Source of the DNA: an uncultured Candidatus Saccharibacteria bacterium
GTDB taxonomy: Bacteria; Patescibacteriota; Minisyncoccia; Phycocordibacterales; SBAW01
NCBI GenBank assembly: GCA_964482995.1
Contig: CAYZZC010000003.1
Span: forward strand, 1 to 61,227
Length of the DNA: 61,227 nt
Direction of reading: 5' to 3'
Shown: one piece after another, positions 43,148 through 52,534 of the stretch
Layout of the letters: each line of letters opens with the position of its first letter
Numbering within the stretch: the stretch's first letter is position 1
Notes under the pieces: model-generated
The model's database searches: none
Seen by the model: only the letters and a program-made list of their open reading frames with translations
What the model was told of the DNA's origin: nothing
Program-made: the position numbers and the translations under genes

Positions 43148-44911
43148 CTAACGGCGTTTCTCTTTTGGCTTTTTGCGCAACCGCACTGTGAGCGGCGTTA
43201 TTTCAAGATATTCGTCCTCAGCCATTACCTCCAACCCGCGTTCAATAGTAAGCAAAAAGGGCGGCACGAGCTTCATCGCCTCGTCGGTGCCGGAAGCGCG
43301 CATGTTGGTGAGCTGCTTACCTTTAGTTGGGTTTACCTCCATCTCCTCGCCTTTGGAGGTGTTGCCGATCACCATACCCTCATACACCTCTATCGCAGGA
43401 GAGATATAAAGCACGCCGCGGTCCTGCAGGTTCCAGAGTGAGAAGCCGAGTGTTTTCCCAGCCGCCATCGAGACCATCGAGCCCACCGATCGTTTTTGGA
43501 TCTCTCCTGCATACTGCCTAAACTCGACAAAGCGGCTGGAGAGTATCCCCTCGCCCTTGGTGTCGAGCACAAACTGCGAGCGGTAGCCGAGCAGGCCGCG
43601 AGTTGGCCCCTCAAAGATCATACGCACAGTGTCGCTGTGTGGGCGCATGTCTTTGAGTATGCACTTGCGCTGTCCCAAACGCTCGATGATCGGGCCTTGG
43701 AATGCTGATGGTGTGTCGATAACAATTTCTTCAAAAGGTTCATACACTTTGCCATCGCGCTCTTCTAAAATAACGTGCGGCTGGGAGACTTGGCACTCAA
43801 ACCCTTCGCGGCGCATGTTTTCAAGAAGGATCGAGATATGGAGCTCGCCTCGGCCAGAGACATGAAAGGTTTCAGACGAGTCAAAGTCAACACGCAGCCC
43901 CACGTTGACCTCAAGCTCGCGCTCAAGGCGCTCGCGGATCTGGCGCGAGGTAACAAACTTGCCTTCGCGTCCTGCAAACGGAGAGTTGTTGACCAAAAAG
44001 TCGAGTGTGATAGTTGGCTCATCGATCGCGATTGCGGGCAACGGCTCTGCTTTTTCGTCGTTGGTAACTGTCTCTCCTATATAAATGTCGGGCAAGCCCG
44101 CAGCAAGCACGATGTCTCCTGCCTCGGCACTCTCCGTCTCCACACGCTGCAAACCCTTAAAGGTAAACAGCTTGGTAATTTTACCCACACGTGTCTCGCC
44201 GTCTGGTTTTTTTATAAATACGGAGTCCCCGGTTGAGACTGAGCCTTGGTAGATGCGTACAAAAGCGAGGCGGCCAAGAAAGTTGTCGTACGCCAAGTTA
44301 AATGGCTGCATCAAAAGCGCGCCAGGGGCTACGTTTGCATTCGCAGGTTTAACCTGCTCGAGTATCACATCAAGAAGCGGCGTCAGGTCTTTAGAGTCGT
44401 CAGCGAGTTTGCGCTTTGCGATACCCTCTCTGCCGATCGCATACACCACCGTAAAGTCAGACTGTTCGTCGTTCGCACCAAGCTCCAAAAAGAGCTCAAG
44501 CACTTGCTCCTCGGCGCGTGCAGGGTCTGCGGCCGGTTTGTCGATTTTGTTGATAACCACAATTGGCTTGAGCCCAAGCTCAAGCGACTTTTTTAATACA
44601 AAACGTGTCTGTGGCATCGGGCCCTCCTGCGCGTCTACCACCAAAAGCACTGAGTCGATAGAGCGGAGCACGCGCTCCACCTCGCTTCCGAAGTCAGCGT
44701 GGCCTGGAGTGTCAACGATGTTTATTTTTGTTCCTTTATATATGACAGCGGCGTTCTTAGCATAAATGGTGATACCGCGCTCGAGCTCAAGTGTGTTGGA
44801 GTCCATCGAAACTCCCTCTTCAGCGGCGCCCGTTTGACGCAAAAGAGCATCAGTAAGAGTGGTCTTGCCGTGGTCCACGTGCGCGATAATTGCAATGTTT
44901 CGGATTTCCAT
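43148..44911 (-). CDS. typA: Translational GTPase TypA/BipA
   Basis: IRNIAIIAHVDHGKTTLTDALL, DTPGHADF, and full-length TypA architecture. Confidence 0.95.
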   Translation of the reverse strand: MEIRNIAIIAHVDHGKTTLTDALLRQTGAAEEGVSMDSNTLELERGITIYAKNAAVIYKGTKINIVDTPGHADFGSEVERVLRSIDSVLLVVDAQEGPMPQTRFVLKKSLELGLKPIVVINKIDKPAADPARAEEQVLELFLELGANDEQSDFTVVYAIGREGIAKRKLADDSKDLTPLLDVILEQVKPANANVAPGALLMQPFNLAYDNFLGRLAFVRIYQGSVSTGDSVFIKKPDGETRVGKITKLFTFKGLQRVETESAEAGDIVLAAGLPDIYIGETVTNDEKAEPLPAIAIDEPTITLDFLVNNSPFAGREGKFVTSRQIRERLERELEVNVGLRVDFDSSETFHVSGRGELHISILLENMRREGFECQVSQPHVILEERDGKVYEPFEEIVIDTPSAFQGPIIERLGQRKCILKDMRPHSDTVRMIFEGPTRGLLGYRSQFVLDTKGEGILSSRFVEFRQYAGEIQKRSVGSMVSMAAGKTLGFSLWNLQDRGVLYISPAIEVYEGMVIGNTSKGEEMEVNPTKGKQLTNMRASGTDEAMKLVPPFLLTIERGLEVMAEDEYLEITPLTVRLRKKPKEKRR

Positions 44912-45041
44912 TTAAAAAAGCCGGGCTGGCCCCGAGCGATGCACTAATAATGCCCCAAAAAACTAAAAAATGCAAGGACTAGCTCTGTGCGGGGTTATTG
45001 GGGACTATTTTTTCTCCTAATTGCGCATAAAAAATAAAAAG

Positions 45042-45332
45042 CTATGCAATGCTTTTTACTTGTTCCTCAATAGCCTTTTGTATCTTATTTTCAAACATCC
45101 GCCATAAAAGCGGCAATTTTGCATCAAGAATATATTTTTTATCCTCAGCTACGAGCTCACCGGTGATCTTTTGGCCTTGCACTGCTACCGCAAAAACGAG
45201 AGTATTACCCTCCCACTCCTCCTTTTCTATAGTTGCTTGGCCATCAAGCTTTGGCCGAGCCTCATCTAAGCTTTTTTTAACCCTTTGTGCGGCGTCAGAC
45301 GCCGAAAACGCATGCGGTATTTCTATATGCAT
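45042..45332 (-). CDS. Hypothetical small protein (possibly the polyhydroxyalkanoate-system-like family)
   Basis: 96 aa. MHIEIPHAFSASDAAQRVKKSLDEARPKL... The family call is tentative. Confidence 0.45.
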   Translation of the reverse strand: MHIEIPHAFSASDAAQRVKKSLDEARPKLDGQATIEKEEWEGNTLVFAVAVQGQKITGELVAEDKKYILDAKLPLLWRMFENKIQKAIEEQVKSIA

Positions 45333-45368
45333 AGTATGCAGTATAACAGAGCAACAAAACTGAAACAG

Positions 45369-45545
45369 CTACTTCTTGCGGCTCATGCAGATGAGACACT
45401 CGGTCTGGTTTTTGCGTGTTTTGAGATATTTGTTGGTGCAGGCGCACACGGTGATAACACTGAGCGCGGGGCGCTCAATCCATTTGCCGTTTTTTTGGAA
45501 CGTCTTTGAGACAACGGTCGTATGTATTTTAGATTTGTTGTCCAT
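45369..45545 (-). CDS. Hypothetical 58-aa zinc-ribbon-like protein (below the ORF-track cutoff)
   Basis: Hand translation: MDNKSKIHTTVVSKTFQKNGKWIERPALSVITVCACTNKYLKTRKNQTECLICMSRKK. Contains CxC..CxxC. Starts 18 nt after the helicase stop. Confidence 0.4.
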   Translation of the reverse strand: MDNKSKIHTTVVSKTFQKNGKWIERPALSVITVCACTNKYLKTRKNQTECLICMSRKK

Positions 45546-45563
45546 AATAATTTTCTAGTCGAG

Positions 45564-46820
45564 CTACTCAACAAAAGTGAGTGCCTTGCCCTTTTTGCTG
45601 CCACGGCCAGTGCGGCCAATGCGGTGCACATAGTCTTCGTAGCTCTGTGGGAGGTCGTAGTTGATCACGTGCGAGATGTCCGAGATGTCGAGCCCGCGTG
45701 CGGCGACATCGGTCGCCACAAGAACCTGCACCTTACTGTCTTTAAACGAGTTGAGCGCGCGCTGGCGTTGCGAATGGTTTTTATTGCCATGGATAGAGTC
45801 GGCCTTAAAGCCACGTTCGGTGAGCGTTTTAGCGAGGCGCTCTACACCGTGCTTAGTGCGGCCGAACACGAGTACTTTGTTGAACTCTTTTTGTGTAAGC
45901 AAGTCGTGGAGCATGTCGATTTTTTCTCCACCCTTTACGCGTACTACATCTTGGTCGACATTTTTTGCAGTGTCACCTGTTTTAACAGAGATACGTACTG
46001 GCTCATGCAAGAATTCTGAGATGAGCCCTTCGATCTCGCGAGAGAGTGTCGCAGAGAAAAAGAGAGTGTGGCGCGGGCTTGGCATCCCCTGCATCACAAA
46101 GCGCATGTCGTTTATAAAGCCCATGTCGAGCATGCGGTCTGCTTCGTCGAGCACGATGGTCGCATAGTCGGCGAGTTTAATTTTGCCGCGCTCGATCAAA
46201 TCTTTAAGGCGGCCCGGGGTACCGATCACAAACTGGTTGCGATAACGGAGTGCTTGGAGCTGCGGGCCGATCGAGGCGCCGCCCACACACACTACCGAGA
46301 AGAGTTTCATGCCTTTAGTAAAACCTTTAAGCTCAGCATCGATCTGGATTGCGAGCTCGCGGGTAGGTACGACAATAAGCACCTGCGCTTTAGGGTCGCG
46401 GCGTACTTTGTCGATAAGCGGGATAAGAAATGCTGCTGTCTTGCCGGTGCCTGTGTTGGCGATACCAACCACGTCCTGGCCCTTGAGGACATGCGGGATC
46501 GCACGGTCTTGGATCGGGGTTGGGGTCGTGTAGCCCTTTGCAACGACTGCGCGCTTGAGCTCTGCGTCAATCGCAAAGTCGGTAAACTGGTGCTCAGGCA
46601 CAAAGTGTTCCACCTCCTCGGTTATAATAGCTTTGTTTATAAACTTGGATGGGTCGATATAGGCTCCGCCACCGCGGTTTCCGCCGCCCCTTTTTTGAAA
46701 ACGGCCTCCCGAAGCTGGGCGCCCACCACCAAAGGACCCGGATTTCTTATGAAATCCGCCTTTATGCGGTGCGCGTGAGCCACTCGTTTTGCCGCTGCTG
46801 TTAAACTTTTTCTGATACAT
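45564..46820 (-). CDS. DEAD-box ATP-dependent RNA helicase with a Gly/Arg-rich N-terminal tail
   Basis: Q-motif region, AQTGTGKT-like NTGTGKTAAF, VLDEADRMLD, SAT, and HRIGRTGR. Confidence 0.9.
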   Translation of the reverse strand: MYQKKFNSSGKTSGSRAPHKGGFHKKSGSFGGGRPASGGRFQKRGGGNRGGGAYIDPSKFINKAIITEEVEHFVPEHQFTDFAIDAELKRAVVAKGYTTPTPIQDRAIPHVLKGQDVVGIANTGTGKTAAFLIPLIDKVRRDPKAQVLIVVPTRELAIQIDAELKGFTKGMKLFSVVCVGGASIGPQLQALRYRNQFVIGTPGRLKDLIERGKIKLADYATIVLDEADRMLDMGFINDMRFVMQGMPSPRHTLFFSATLSREIEGLISEFLHEPVRISVKTGDTAKNVDQDVVRVKGGEKIDMLHDLLTQKEFNKVLVFGRTKHGVERLAKTLTERGFKADSIHGNKNHSQRQRALNSFKDSKVQVLVATDVAARGLDISDISHVINYDLPQSYEDYVHRIGRTGRGSKKGKALTFVE

Positions 46821-46946
46821 ATATAGGTTTTAGTAGGAGTGGTCCCCTCTAAAATAACCAATAAATGCAAGGAGATTGCAACTACTTAGCGATTATATAC
46901 CTAAGGAGCAGCTTTGTCAAATAGGCTCAAAATGAGCTTCTGTTAT

Positions 46947-48185
46947 TTAATGTCCGGTGTTGCTTCTGCTTGGGTCTCCAAAGAAGATGTCTGGGGCAGG
47001 CTCTCCAATAATAGAGAGTGTTCCCCATGCGCCTTTGTCTAGGCGCGCAAGCGCATGGTCTACCAATATATATGTGCCCGGAACATCCGCCGTAAACTCG
47101 GCAATGGCCGCACCTCCTGCTGGGACAAGTGTCGTCTGCACATTACGGAAGAGGCTCCCGCCCATACTTGCCTCTGGATAAACGGTGTCAAAAATTTCGC
47201 CAATGAGGTGGAATGAGGAGATAAGGTTCACTCCGCCGTTGCCGACATACATGCGCACCTTCTCTCCCTGTTTGATCACTACTTTTTCTTTAGAGATCGC
47301 ACCAACACGACCATTAAAGAAAATATATTCTGGAATTCCTGCGAGCATTTTACCCCCATCGATAACCTGGAGGCCTTGTGTGCCGCGTGGGCCCGCAGTA
47401 TACAACTCGCCTTGCATGACATAGAGCTCTCTATCAACCTTAGGCAACCCTTCTTTTGGCTCAACAAGGATAAGCCCATACATACCGTGCGCCATGTGGT
47501 TGGCAACGTTGGGATGCGCACAGTGGTACACATAAAGCCCAGGGTTGAGCGCCTTAAAGCGGAGCGTCTTACTCTCTCCTGGGTTAACATCGGTTACTGC
47601 GGCGCCGCCGCCAGGGCCGGTGACAGCATGGAGATCGATATTATGCATATGCAAGCTTGAAGGGTCGTTGTGGAGAGTTAGAGACACCGTGTCTCCCTCG
47701 CGCACGCGCCACATGGGGCCCGGTACGGTGCCACCAAATGTCCAATAGTTAACAACAACTCCTGGCGCTACCTCTGCAATCACCTCTTTTGCAACAATAT
47801 CTATCGCTACCTCTGCAGCCTCTTTTCTCGTAATTGCCGGAGGGACATCGAGCGGGTCGCGTGCAATGTCTGCGACATGCTCAAACCTATCGAGATTAGA
47901 GAAAAAAGAAAAAACATTTTTAAGCGGCAGGGTTGGCCCGTCAGATGGACCGTAGGTCTTTATCCCAAAGGGGTATTGCAAATCTTTTGAGACGCCGACC
48001 GGAAACCAAAACAGAAGCATTGCACCCACAAACCCTGCCACCAAAAGCAATGTAGTGCGCAGCGAGTAGTGCTCGCGCAGCACTACATATAAAAAAATAA
48101 GCGCTGCAGCTCCTGCAAATATCAACCCAAACCCTTGGACAATAAGCGAGTAAAGCAGCGACCATAGTTCAAAAATATTTGACAT
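46947..48185 (-). CDS. nirK: Copper-containing nitrite reductase NirK-like multicopper protein with an N-terminal membrane anchor
   Basis: Type-2 Cu motif HMHNIDLHAV. Type-1 Cu ligands are in YVYHCAHPNVANHMAHGMYG. Two cupredoxin domains. Confidence 0.8.
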   Translation of the reverse strand: MSNIFELWSLLYSLIVQGFGLIFAGAAALIFLYVVLREHYSLRTTLLLVAGFVGAMLLFWFPVGVSKDLQYPFGIKTYGPSDGPTLPLKNVFSFFSNLDRFEHVADIARDPLDVPPAITRKEAAEVAIDIVAKEVIAEVAPGVVVNYWTFGGTVPGPMWRVREGDTVSLTLHNDPSSLHMHNIDLHAVTGPGGGAAVTDVNPGESKTLRFKALNPGLYVYHCAHPNVANHMAHGMYGLILVEPKEGLPKVDRELYVMQGELYTAGPRGTQGLQVIDGGKMLAGIPEYIFFNGRVGAISKEKVVIKQGEKVRMYVGNGGVNLISSFHLIGEIFDTVYPEASMGGSLFRNVQTTLVPAGGAAIAEFTADVPGTYILVDHALARLDKGAWGTLSIIGEPAPDIFFGDPSRSNTGH

Positions 48186-48196
48186 ATATGTTTATA

Positions 48197-48559
48197 TTAA
48201 TATGGTATCTTACATTCCTCAAAGCAGTGCGCATCGCGGTTTAGCGTATACACGCGCTCGCGGCCGCGGTCTGTGCTCTCGACCGCATTAACCGACCTCA
48301 ATATTTGCAGATGGTGTGTCACGGTCGGTTGCCGCAGCTTAATCTGCTCGGTGAGCTCGCCCACCGTTAACCCCGCCTTTACACGGCCAAGCATGCACAC
48401 CAAAGTGTAGCGGCTCCTGTCTCCCACTACCTTAAAACAGTCTGAGCAGAGCTCCTCTTCACCGCTGTGCACCCATGAGGGGCGTTTGTATGTTTTTTCT
48501 TCTTTACCGCGCGCCGCTTGTGTTCTCGTATTTTTTATCCCCAGTTTTTTCTTTCTCAT
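48197..48559 (-). CDS. ArsR/SmtB family transcriptional regulator
   Basis: HTH region LTVGELTEQIKLRQPTVTHHLQILRSVNAV, plus Cys pairs at both ends. The stop lies 11 nt before nirK. Confidence 0.75.
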   Translation of the reverse strand: MRKKKLGIKNTRTQAARGKEEKTYKRPSWVHSGEEELCSDCFKVVGDRSRYTLVCMLGRVKAGLTVGELTEQIKLRQPTVTHHLQILRSVNAVESTDRGRERVYTLNRDAHCFEECKIPY

Positions 48560-48617
48560 AGATGAGTATCTATACGTATTATGTATAGACAGTTATCAAT
48601 ATATCACGCTTTTATAT

Positions 48618-50945
48618 ATGCTACGCCAGAAATCCCCACAGCTTAAAAGCATTAAAAAACGAGACGGGTCAACTGCCCCGTTTAGCATAGAAAAGATCTC
48701 TCTTGCGGTGGAGAAGGCGATGAAAGCGGCAGATGAGTTTAAAAACGGCGCCCCACTCTTGGTCGCCCAGGCGGTTACAAAAAAACTGCTTGCAGAAAAA
48801 ACAAGCAACCGCGCATTTATCCCCACCGTTGAGGGGGTGCAGGACCTGGTCGAGGCAGAGTTGATGTTGCAAACATTCCCCGCCACCGCTAAAGCGTATA
48901 TTCTCTATCGTGCTGAGCGTACACGCGCACGAGAAGCGCGCGGCGAGGTGCCCGAGCAGGTGCGTATACTCGCCAACGAGAGTAAAAAATATTTTAAAGA
49001 CAACCCGCTGGGCGAGTTTGTATATCTGCGGACCTATGCGCGTTGGATCGAGCAGGAGCATCGCCGCGAAACATGGATAGAAACGGTCGACCGGTATATC
49101 TCGTTTATGAAAGAGAATATCGGCGAAAAACTTTCCCCAAAAGAGTATGCCGAACTGCGCGAAGCAATACTCAAGCAAGAGGTGATGCCCTCTATGCGGC
49201 TTATGCAGTTTGCAGGAGAGCCGGCGCGCCGCTGCAACACCTGCGCCTACAACTGCACGTTTATCGCACCGACCACGCTACAGGATTTTGCCGAGATCAT
49301 GTATCTCTCGATGCAAGGGTGCGGCGTTGGCTTTGCGGTCGAGAGCCAAAATATAGAACAGTTGCCGCAAATACAAAAACAAACTAAGAAAAAATTACCG
49401 ACCTACTGTATCGCAGACTCAAAAGAGGGTTGGTGCGATGCGCTGACGCTCGGGCTCAACGTATGGTACAGCGGCAAAGACATCTCTTTTGATTATTCTC
49501 TTATCCGCCCAGCAGGCGCACGGCTTAAAACAATGGGCGGCAAGGCTTCCGGCCCCGAGCCTCTGCGCAACCTGCTTGAGTTTGCCCGCGAAAAGATTTT
49601 GCGCCGGCAAGGGAGGCGTCTACGCTCTATCGACGCACACGATATTATCTGCAAGATCGGCGAGTGTGTGGTTTCCGGCGGGGTGCGCCGCACAGCGATG
49701 ATCAGCCTCTCAGACCTCGACGATGCCGAGCTGCGCGACGCAAAAAAGGGGCAGTTCTTCCTCACTGAGCCGTATCGCTCGGTAGCCAACAATTCTGCAG
49801 TGTATGAAGCTAAACCCTCTAACACTGAGCTTATGGAGGAGTGGGTGGCACTCATGAAGAGCGGCTCTGGCGAGCGCGGCATCTTTAACCGCGGCGCGCT
49901 CGGAAACACTCTGCCAAAGCGCCGCGCCGCCTACTTTAAAAAAGTGGGGTTTTTGGGAGAAGACGGTGTGGTGCAGGGCCCTATCGGGACAAACCCGTGT
50001 GGCGAGATCATCTTGCAATCAAAACAATTCTGTAATCTTTCCGAGGTTATCGCGCGCGCGGACGACACGCGCGAGAGCTTGGTGCGCAAGGCTCGCCTTG
50101 CAGCGCTGTTGGGGACATACCAATCTACGCTCACGAAATTTCGCTATATTTCAAAAGCGTGGGCTAAGCACTGCGAAGAAGAGCGGCTGCTCGGTGTCTC
50201 AGTGACCGGCCAGTGGGACAGCGCCGCCGCAAGAGAGCCCAGCACACTGCGTGCTATGCGCGACGAAGCGGTGTCGGCAAACGCTCAGTATGCAAAACGT
50301 TTTGGCATCAAACAGGCGCTCTCAACAACAGCAGTCAAACCCTCTGGCACGGTTTCTCAAGCGTTCAACTGCTCATCCGGCATTCATCCGCGCCACTCAA
50401 AGTACTATATCCGCCGCGTGCGCATAAGCGCCACCGACTCGCTTTTTAAAATGCTGCGCGACCAGGGTATACCCTACTACCCCGAGGTCGGCCAAACAAA
50501 AGAGAGTGCGAGCACCTATGTGTTTGAGTTCCCTGTTGAGTCGCCAAGCGAGTCGAGATTTAAAGATGATTTTTCCGCACTTGAGCAGCTTGAGTATTGG
50601 AAAGTGGTGAAGCTCAACTACACAGAGCACAACCCTTCTGCAACAATCTCGGTTGGAGAAGATGAGTGGATCGGTGTTGTCGACTGGCTGCAGAAAAATT
50701 GGGAGATTATCGGCGGGCTCTCTTTTTTGCCGCGCTTTGACCACATATACCGCTTAGCGCCCTACGAAGCGATAGACAAGAAACGATTCGAGGAGATGAC
50801 GGCAGCCTTCCCTGATATAGATTACTCGAAGCTCCTGACCTATGAGCACACCGACGAGACCGAACAAAAAAAGGAGCTCGCCTGCGCGGGCGGTGTGTGC
50901 GAGATCGATATGATTATCTCAGAGGTTGAAACGCCTGCACGATAA
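48618..50945 (+). CDS. nrdJ: Class II (adenosylcobalamin-dependent) ribonucleotide reductase NrdJ with an N-terminal ATP-cone
   Basis: ATP-cone IKKRDGSTAPFSIEKISLAVEKA, TNPCGEI active-site motif, and C-terminal CAGGVCE redox Cys pair. Start set at MLRQKSP. Confidence 0.85.
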   Translation: MLRQKSPQLKSIKKRDGSTAPFSIEKISLAVEKAMKAADEFKNGAPLLVAQAVTKKLLAEKTSNRAFIPTVEGVQDLVEAELMLQTFPATAKAYILYRAERTRAREARGEVPEQVRILANESKKYFKDNPLGEFVYLRTYARWIEQEHRRETWIETVDRYISFMKENIGEKLSPKEYAELREAILKQEVMPSMRLMQFAGEPARRCNTCAYNCTFIAPTTLQDFAEIMYLSMQGCGVGFAVESQNIEQLPQIQKQTKKKLPTYCIADSKEGWCDALTLGLNVWYSGKDISFDYSLIRPAGARLKTMGGKASGPEPLRNLLEFAREKILRRQGRRLRSIDAHDIICKIGECVVSGGVRRTAMISLSDLDDAELRDAKKGQFFLTEPYRSVANNSAVYEAKPSNTELMEEWVALMKSGSGERGIFNRGALGNTLPKRRAAYFKKVGFLGEDGVVQGPIGTNPCGEIILQSKQFCNLSEVIARADDTRESLVRKARLAALLGTYQSTLTKFRYISKAWAKHCEEERLLGVSVTGQWDSAAAREPSTLRAMRDEAVSANAQYAKRFGIKQALSTTAVKPSGTVSQAFNCSSGIHPRHSKYYIRRVRISATDSLFKMLRDQGIPYYPEVGQTKESASTYVFEFPVESPSESRFKDDFSALEQLEYWKVVKLNYTEHNPSATISVGEDEWIGVVDWLQKNWEIIGGLSFLPRFDHIYRLAPYEAIDKKRFEEMTAAFPDIDYSKLLTYEHTDETEQKKELACAGGVCEIDMIISEVETPAR

Positions 50946-50946
50946 T

Positions 50947-51486
50947 ATGCTGTACACGCGCAAAGGAGACACGGGAGAGTCGGGGCTCTTTGGCACAAAC
51001 GAGCGGTTTCCAAAAAATAGTTTGGTGTATGAGGCGCTTGGCACCATAGATGAGCTCAACTCTTTACTCGGCGTATGCAGAGCAAAAGCAACAGGGAAAA
51101 AACATGACCTTATGCCCCTTGTTTCCTCGATGGTGCAATCTGTGCAGGAGCATCTCTTTATCATGGAGGCGCAGATCGCTGGAGCAGAAAAAAATATTAC
51201 CAAGGAGTACGTCGACGAGATCGAAAAAATGGTCGCTCAATTAGAGGAACGCCTTCCTAAGCTACATAGCTTCATAATCCCTGGGGCTACAGAGCTTTCT
51301 GCATTGCTTGACCTTGCCCGCGCAGTATCCCGCAGAGCCGAGCGTGCAGTTATTGCTATGAGTGCGACAAAGCCCATACCTGATGCCACCAAGGCATACC
51401 TCAACCGCCTTTCGAGCCTCTTGTATGCGCTTGCGCGGTTTGCCGCAACACAAGAAGGGGCAAGAGAGGTCGCGCCGTCTTATTAA
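50947..51486 (+). CDS. ATP:cob(I)alamin adenosyltransferase, PduO type
   Basis: LYTRKGDTGESGL...GTIDELNSLLG...FIIPG motifs. The ATG lies 1 nt after the nrdJ stop. Confidence 0.85.
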   Translation: MLYTRKGDTGESGLFGTNERFPKNSLVYEALGTIDELNSLLGVCRAKATGKKHDLMPLVSSMVQSVQEHLFIMEAQIAGAEKNITKEYVDEIEKMVAQLEERLPKLHSFIIPGATELSALLDLARAVSRRAERAVIAMSATKPIPDATKAYLNRLSSLLYALARFAATQEGAREVAPSY

Positions 51487-51929
51487 TGTATAGTTTCAAT
51501 ATGTATACAAAACGAATCCAAGTATTAGCGGCAGGTGTGCTCAGCGTTGCTCTTTTGGCAGGGTTATACCTTTATGCAGGAAACTTCCAGGCCTCTATAG
51601 CACCCGCGCAAGAAACACCACAAGGCGGCTACGTATCGCTTACGATAGAGGGCTTGTATGAAAACAAGACTGTTCCTATTACACAAGGAGAAAGTGCGCT
51701 GAAGCTACTGCAGGTGCTTGATACACAAGACCCCTCGCTCCAGCTCTCTATAAAAGAGTACGCCGGTCTTGGGGTGCTTGTGGTCGGCATGCACGGTATA
51801 ACAAACGGCACTAACAAAGAGTATTGGCAGTACAAGGTAAACGGCACGATGCCACAAATCGGCGCAGACAAGCTTATTCTTAAAAACGGAGACTCGGTTG
51901 AGTGGTTCTTTGGTGCATCGCAAGAATAA
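51486..51929 (+). CDS. DUF4430 domain protein (transcobalamin-like B12-binding fold), membrane-anchored
   Basis: N-terminal TM, then GLGVLVVGMHGITNGTNKEYWQYKVNGTMPQIGADKLILKNGDSVEWFF. Confidence 0.7.
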   Translation: MYSFNMYTKRIQVLAAGVLSVALLAGLYLYAGNFQASIAPAQETPQGGYVSLTIEGLYENKTVPITQGESALKLLQVLDTQDPSLQLSIKEYAGLGVLVVGMHGITNGTNKEYWQYKVNGTMPQIGADKLILKNGDSVEWFFGASQE

Positions 51930-51931
51930 GT

Positions 51932-52534
51932 ATGGGCAAAAAAGTTGCCATAGCCTCTGTGCTTGTGCTGCTTGGCGCTGGCGGGCGCCTGATGCCGCAC
52001 CCCCCCAACGCAACTCCTATAACTGCCATAGCACTTGCTGCGAGCAAGCACCTAGGGCGCGTATGGTCGGTTGTCATACCGCTTGTGGCAATGCTGATCA
52101 CCGACTTTATACTGGGCTTCTATGATCTGCGGATACTACTCAGTGTGTATGTGTCTTTTGCCCTTATCGGCTGTATGGGTTGGGTATTGAGAAAGCAGCG
52201 AGGGCTCGGAGCCTCTGTGCTGATAATTTTGAGCGCATCTATACTCTTTTTCCTTATAACCAATTTTGCGGTGTGGTTTTTTTCGCCCTGGTATGAAAAA
52301 AGTATTTCAGGATTGCTATATTGCTATACGCTCGGGCTCCCCTTTATGCGCAATATGCTTATAGGAGACCTGTTTTACAGCACAGTTCTTTTAGGACTTC
52401 ATCAGACGAACAACATCCGCGCCCTCAACTTGCCTTTAATTTCGGTGGAGACGGTTCCAAACGTAGGCAAATGTCCACCCCATCATATATCCGACACCGA
52501 AGGTCATCACTATAAGTACAGCAGCCGCTTGTAG
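51932..52534 (+). CDS. Polytopic membrane protein, candidate vitamin (cobalamin) uptake S-component-like
   Basis: RLMPHPPNATPITA motif and 5-6 TM segments. The last ~33 codons overlap the convergent gene and look non-protein-like. Confidence 0.5.
   Translation: MGKKVAIASVLVLLGAGGRLMPHPPNATPITAIALAASKHLGRVWSVVIPLVAMLITDFILGFYDLRILLSVYVSFALIGCMGWVLRKQRGLGASVLIILSASILFFLITNFAVWFFSPWYEKSISGLLYCYTLGLPFMRNMLIGDLFYSTVLLGLHQTNNIRALNLPLISVETVPNVGKCPPHHISDTEGHHYKYSSRL

Noticed and set aside
48560-48617. Cobalamin riboswitch upstream of nrdJ
   Set aside because: Only about 58 nt separate the divergent arsR-like gene from the nrdJ start, which is too short for a B12 aptamer. No B12-box-like string was seen.
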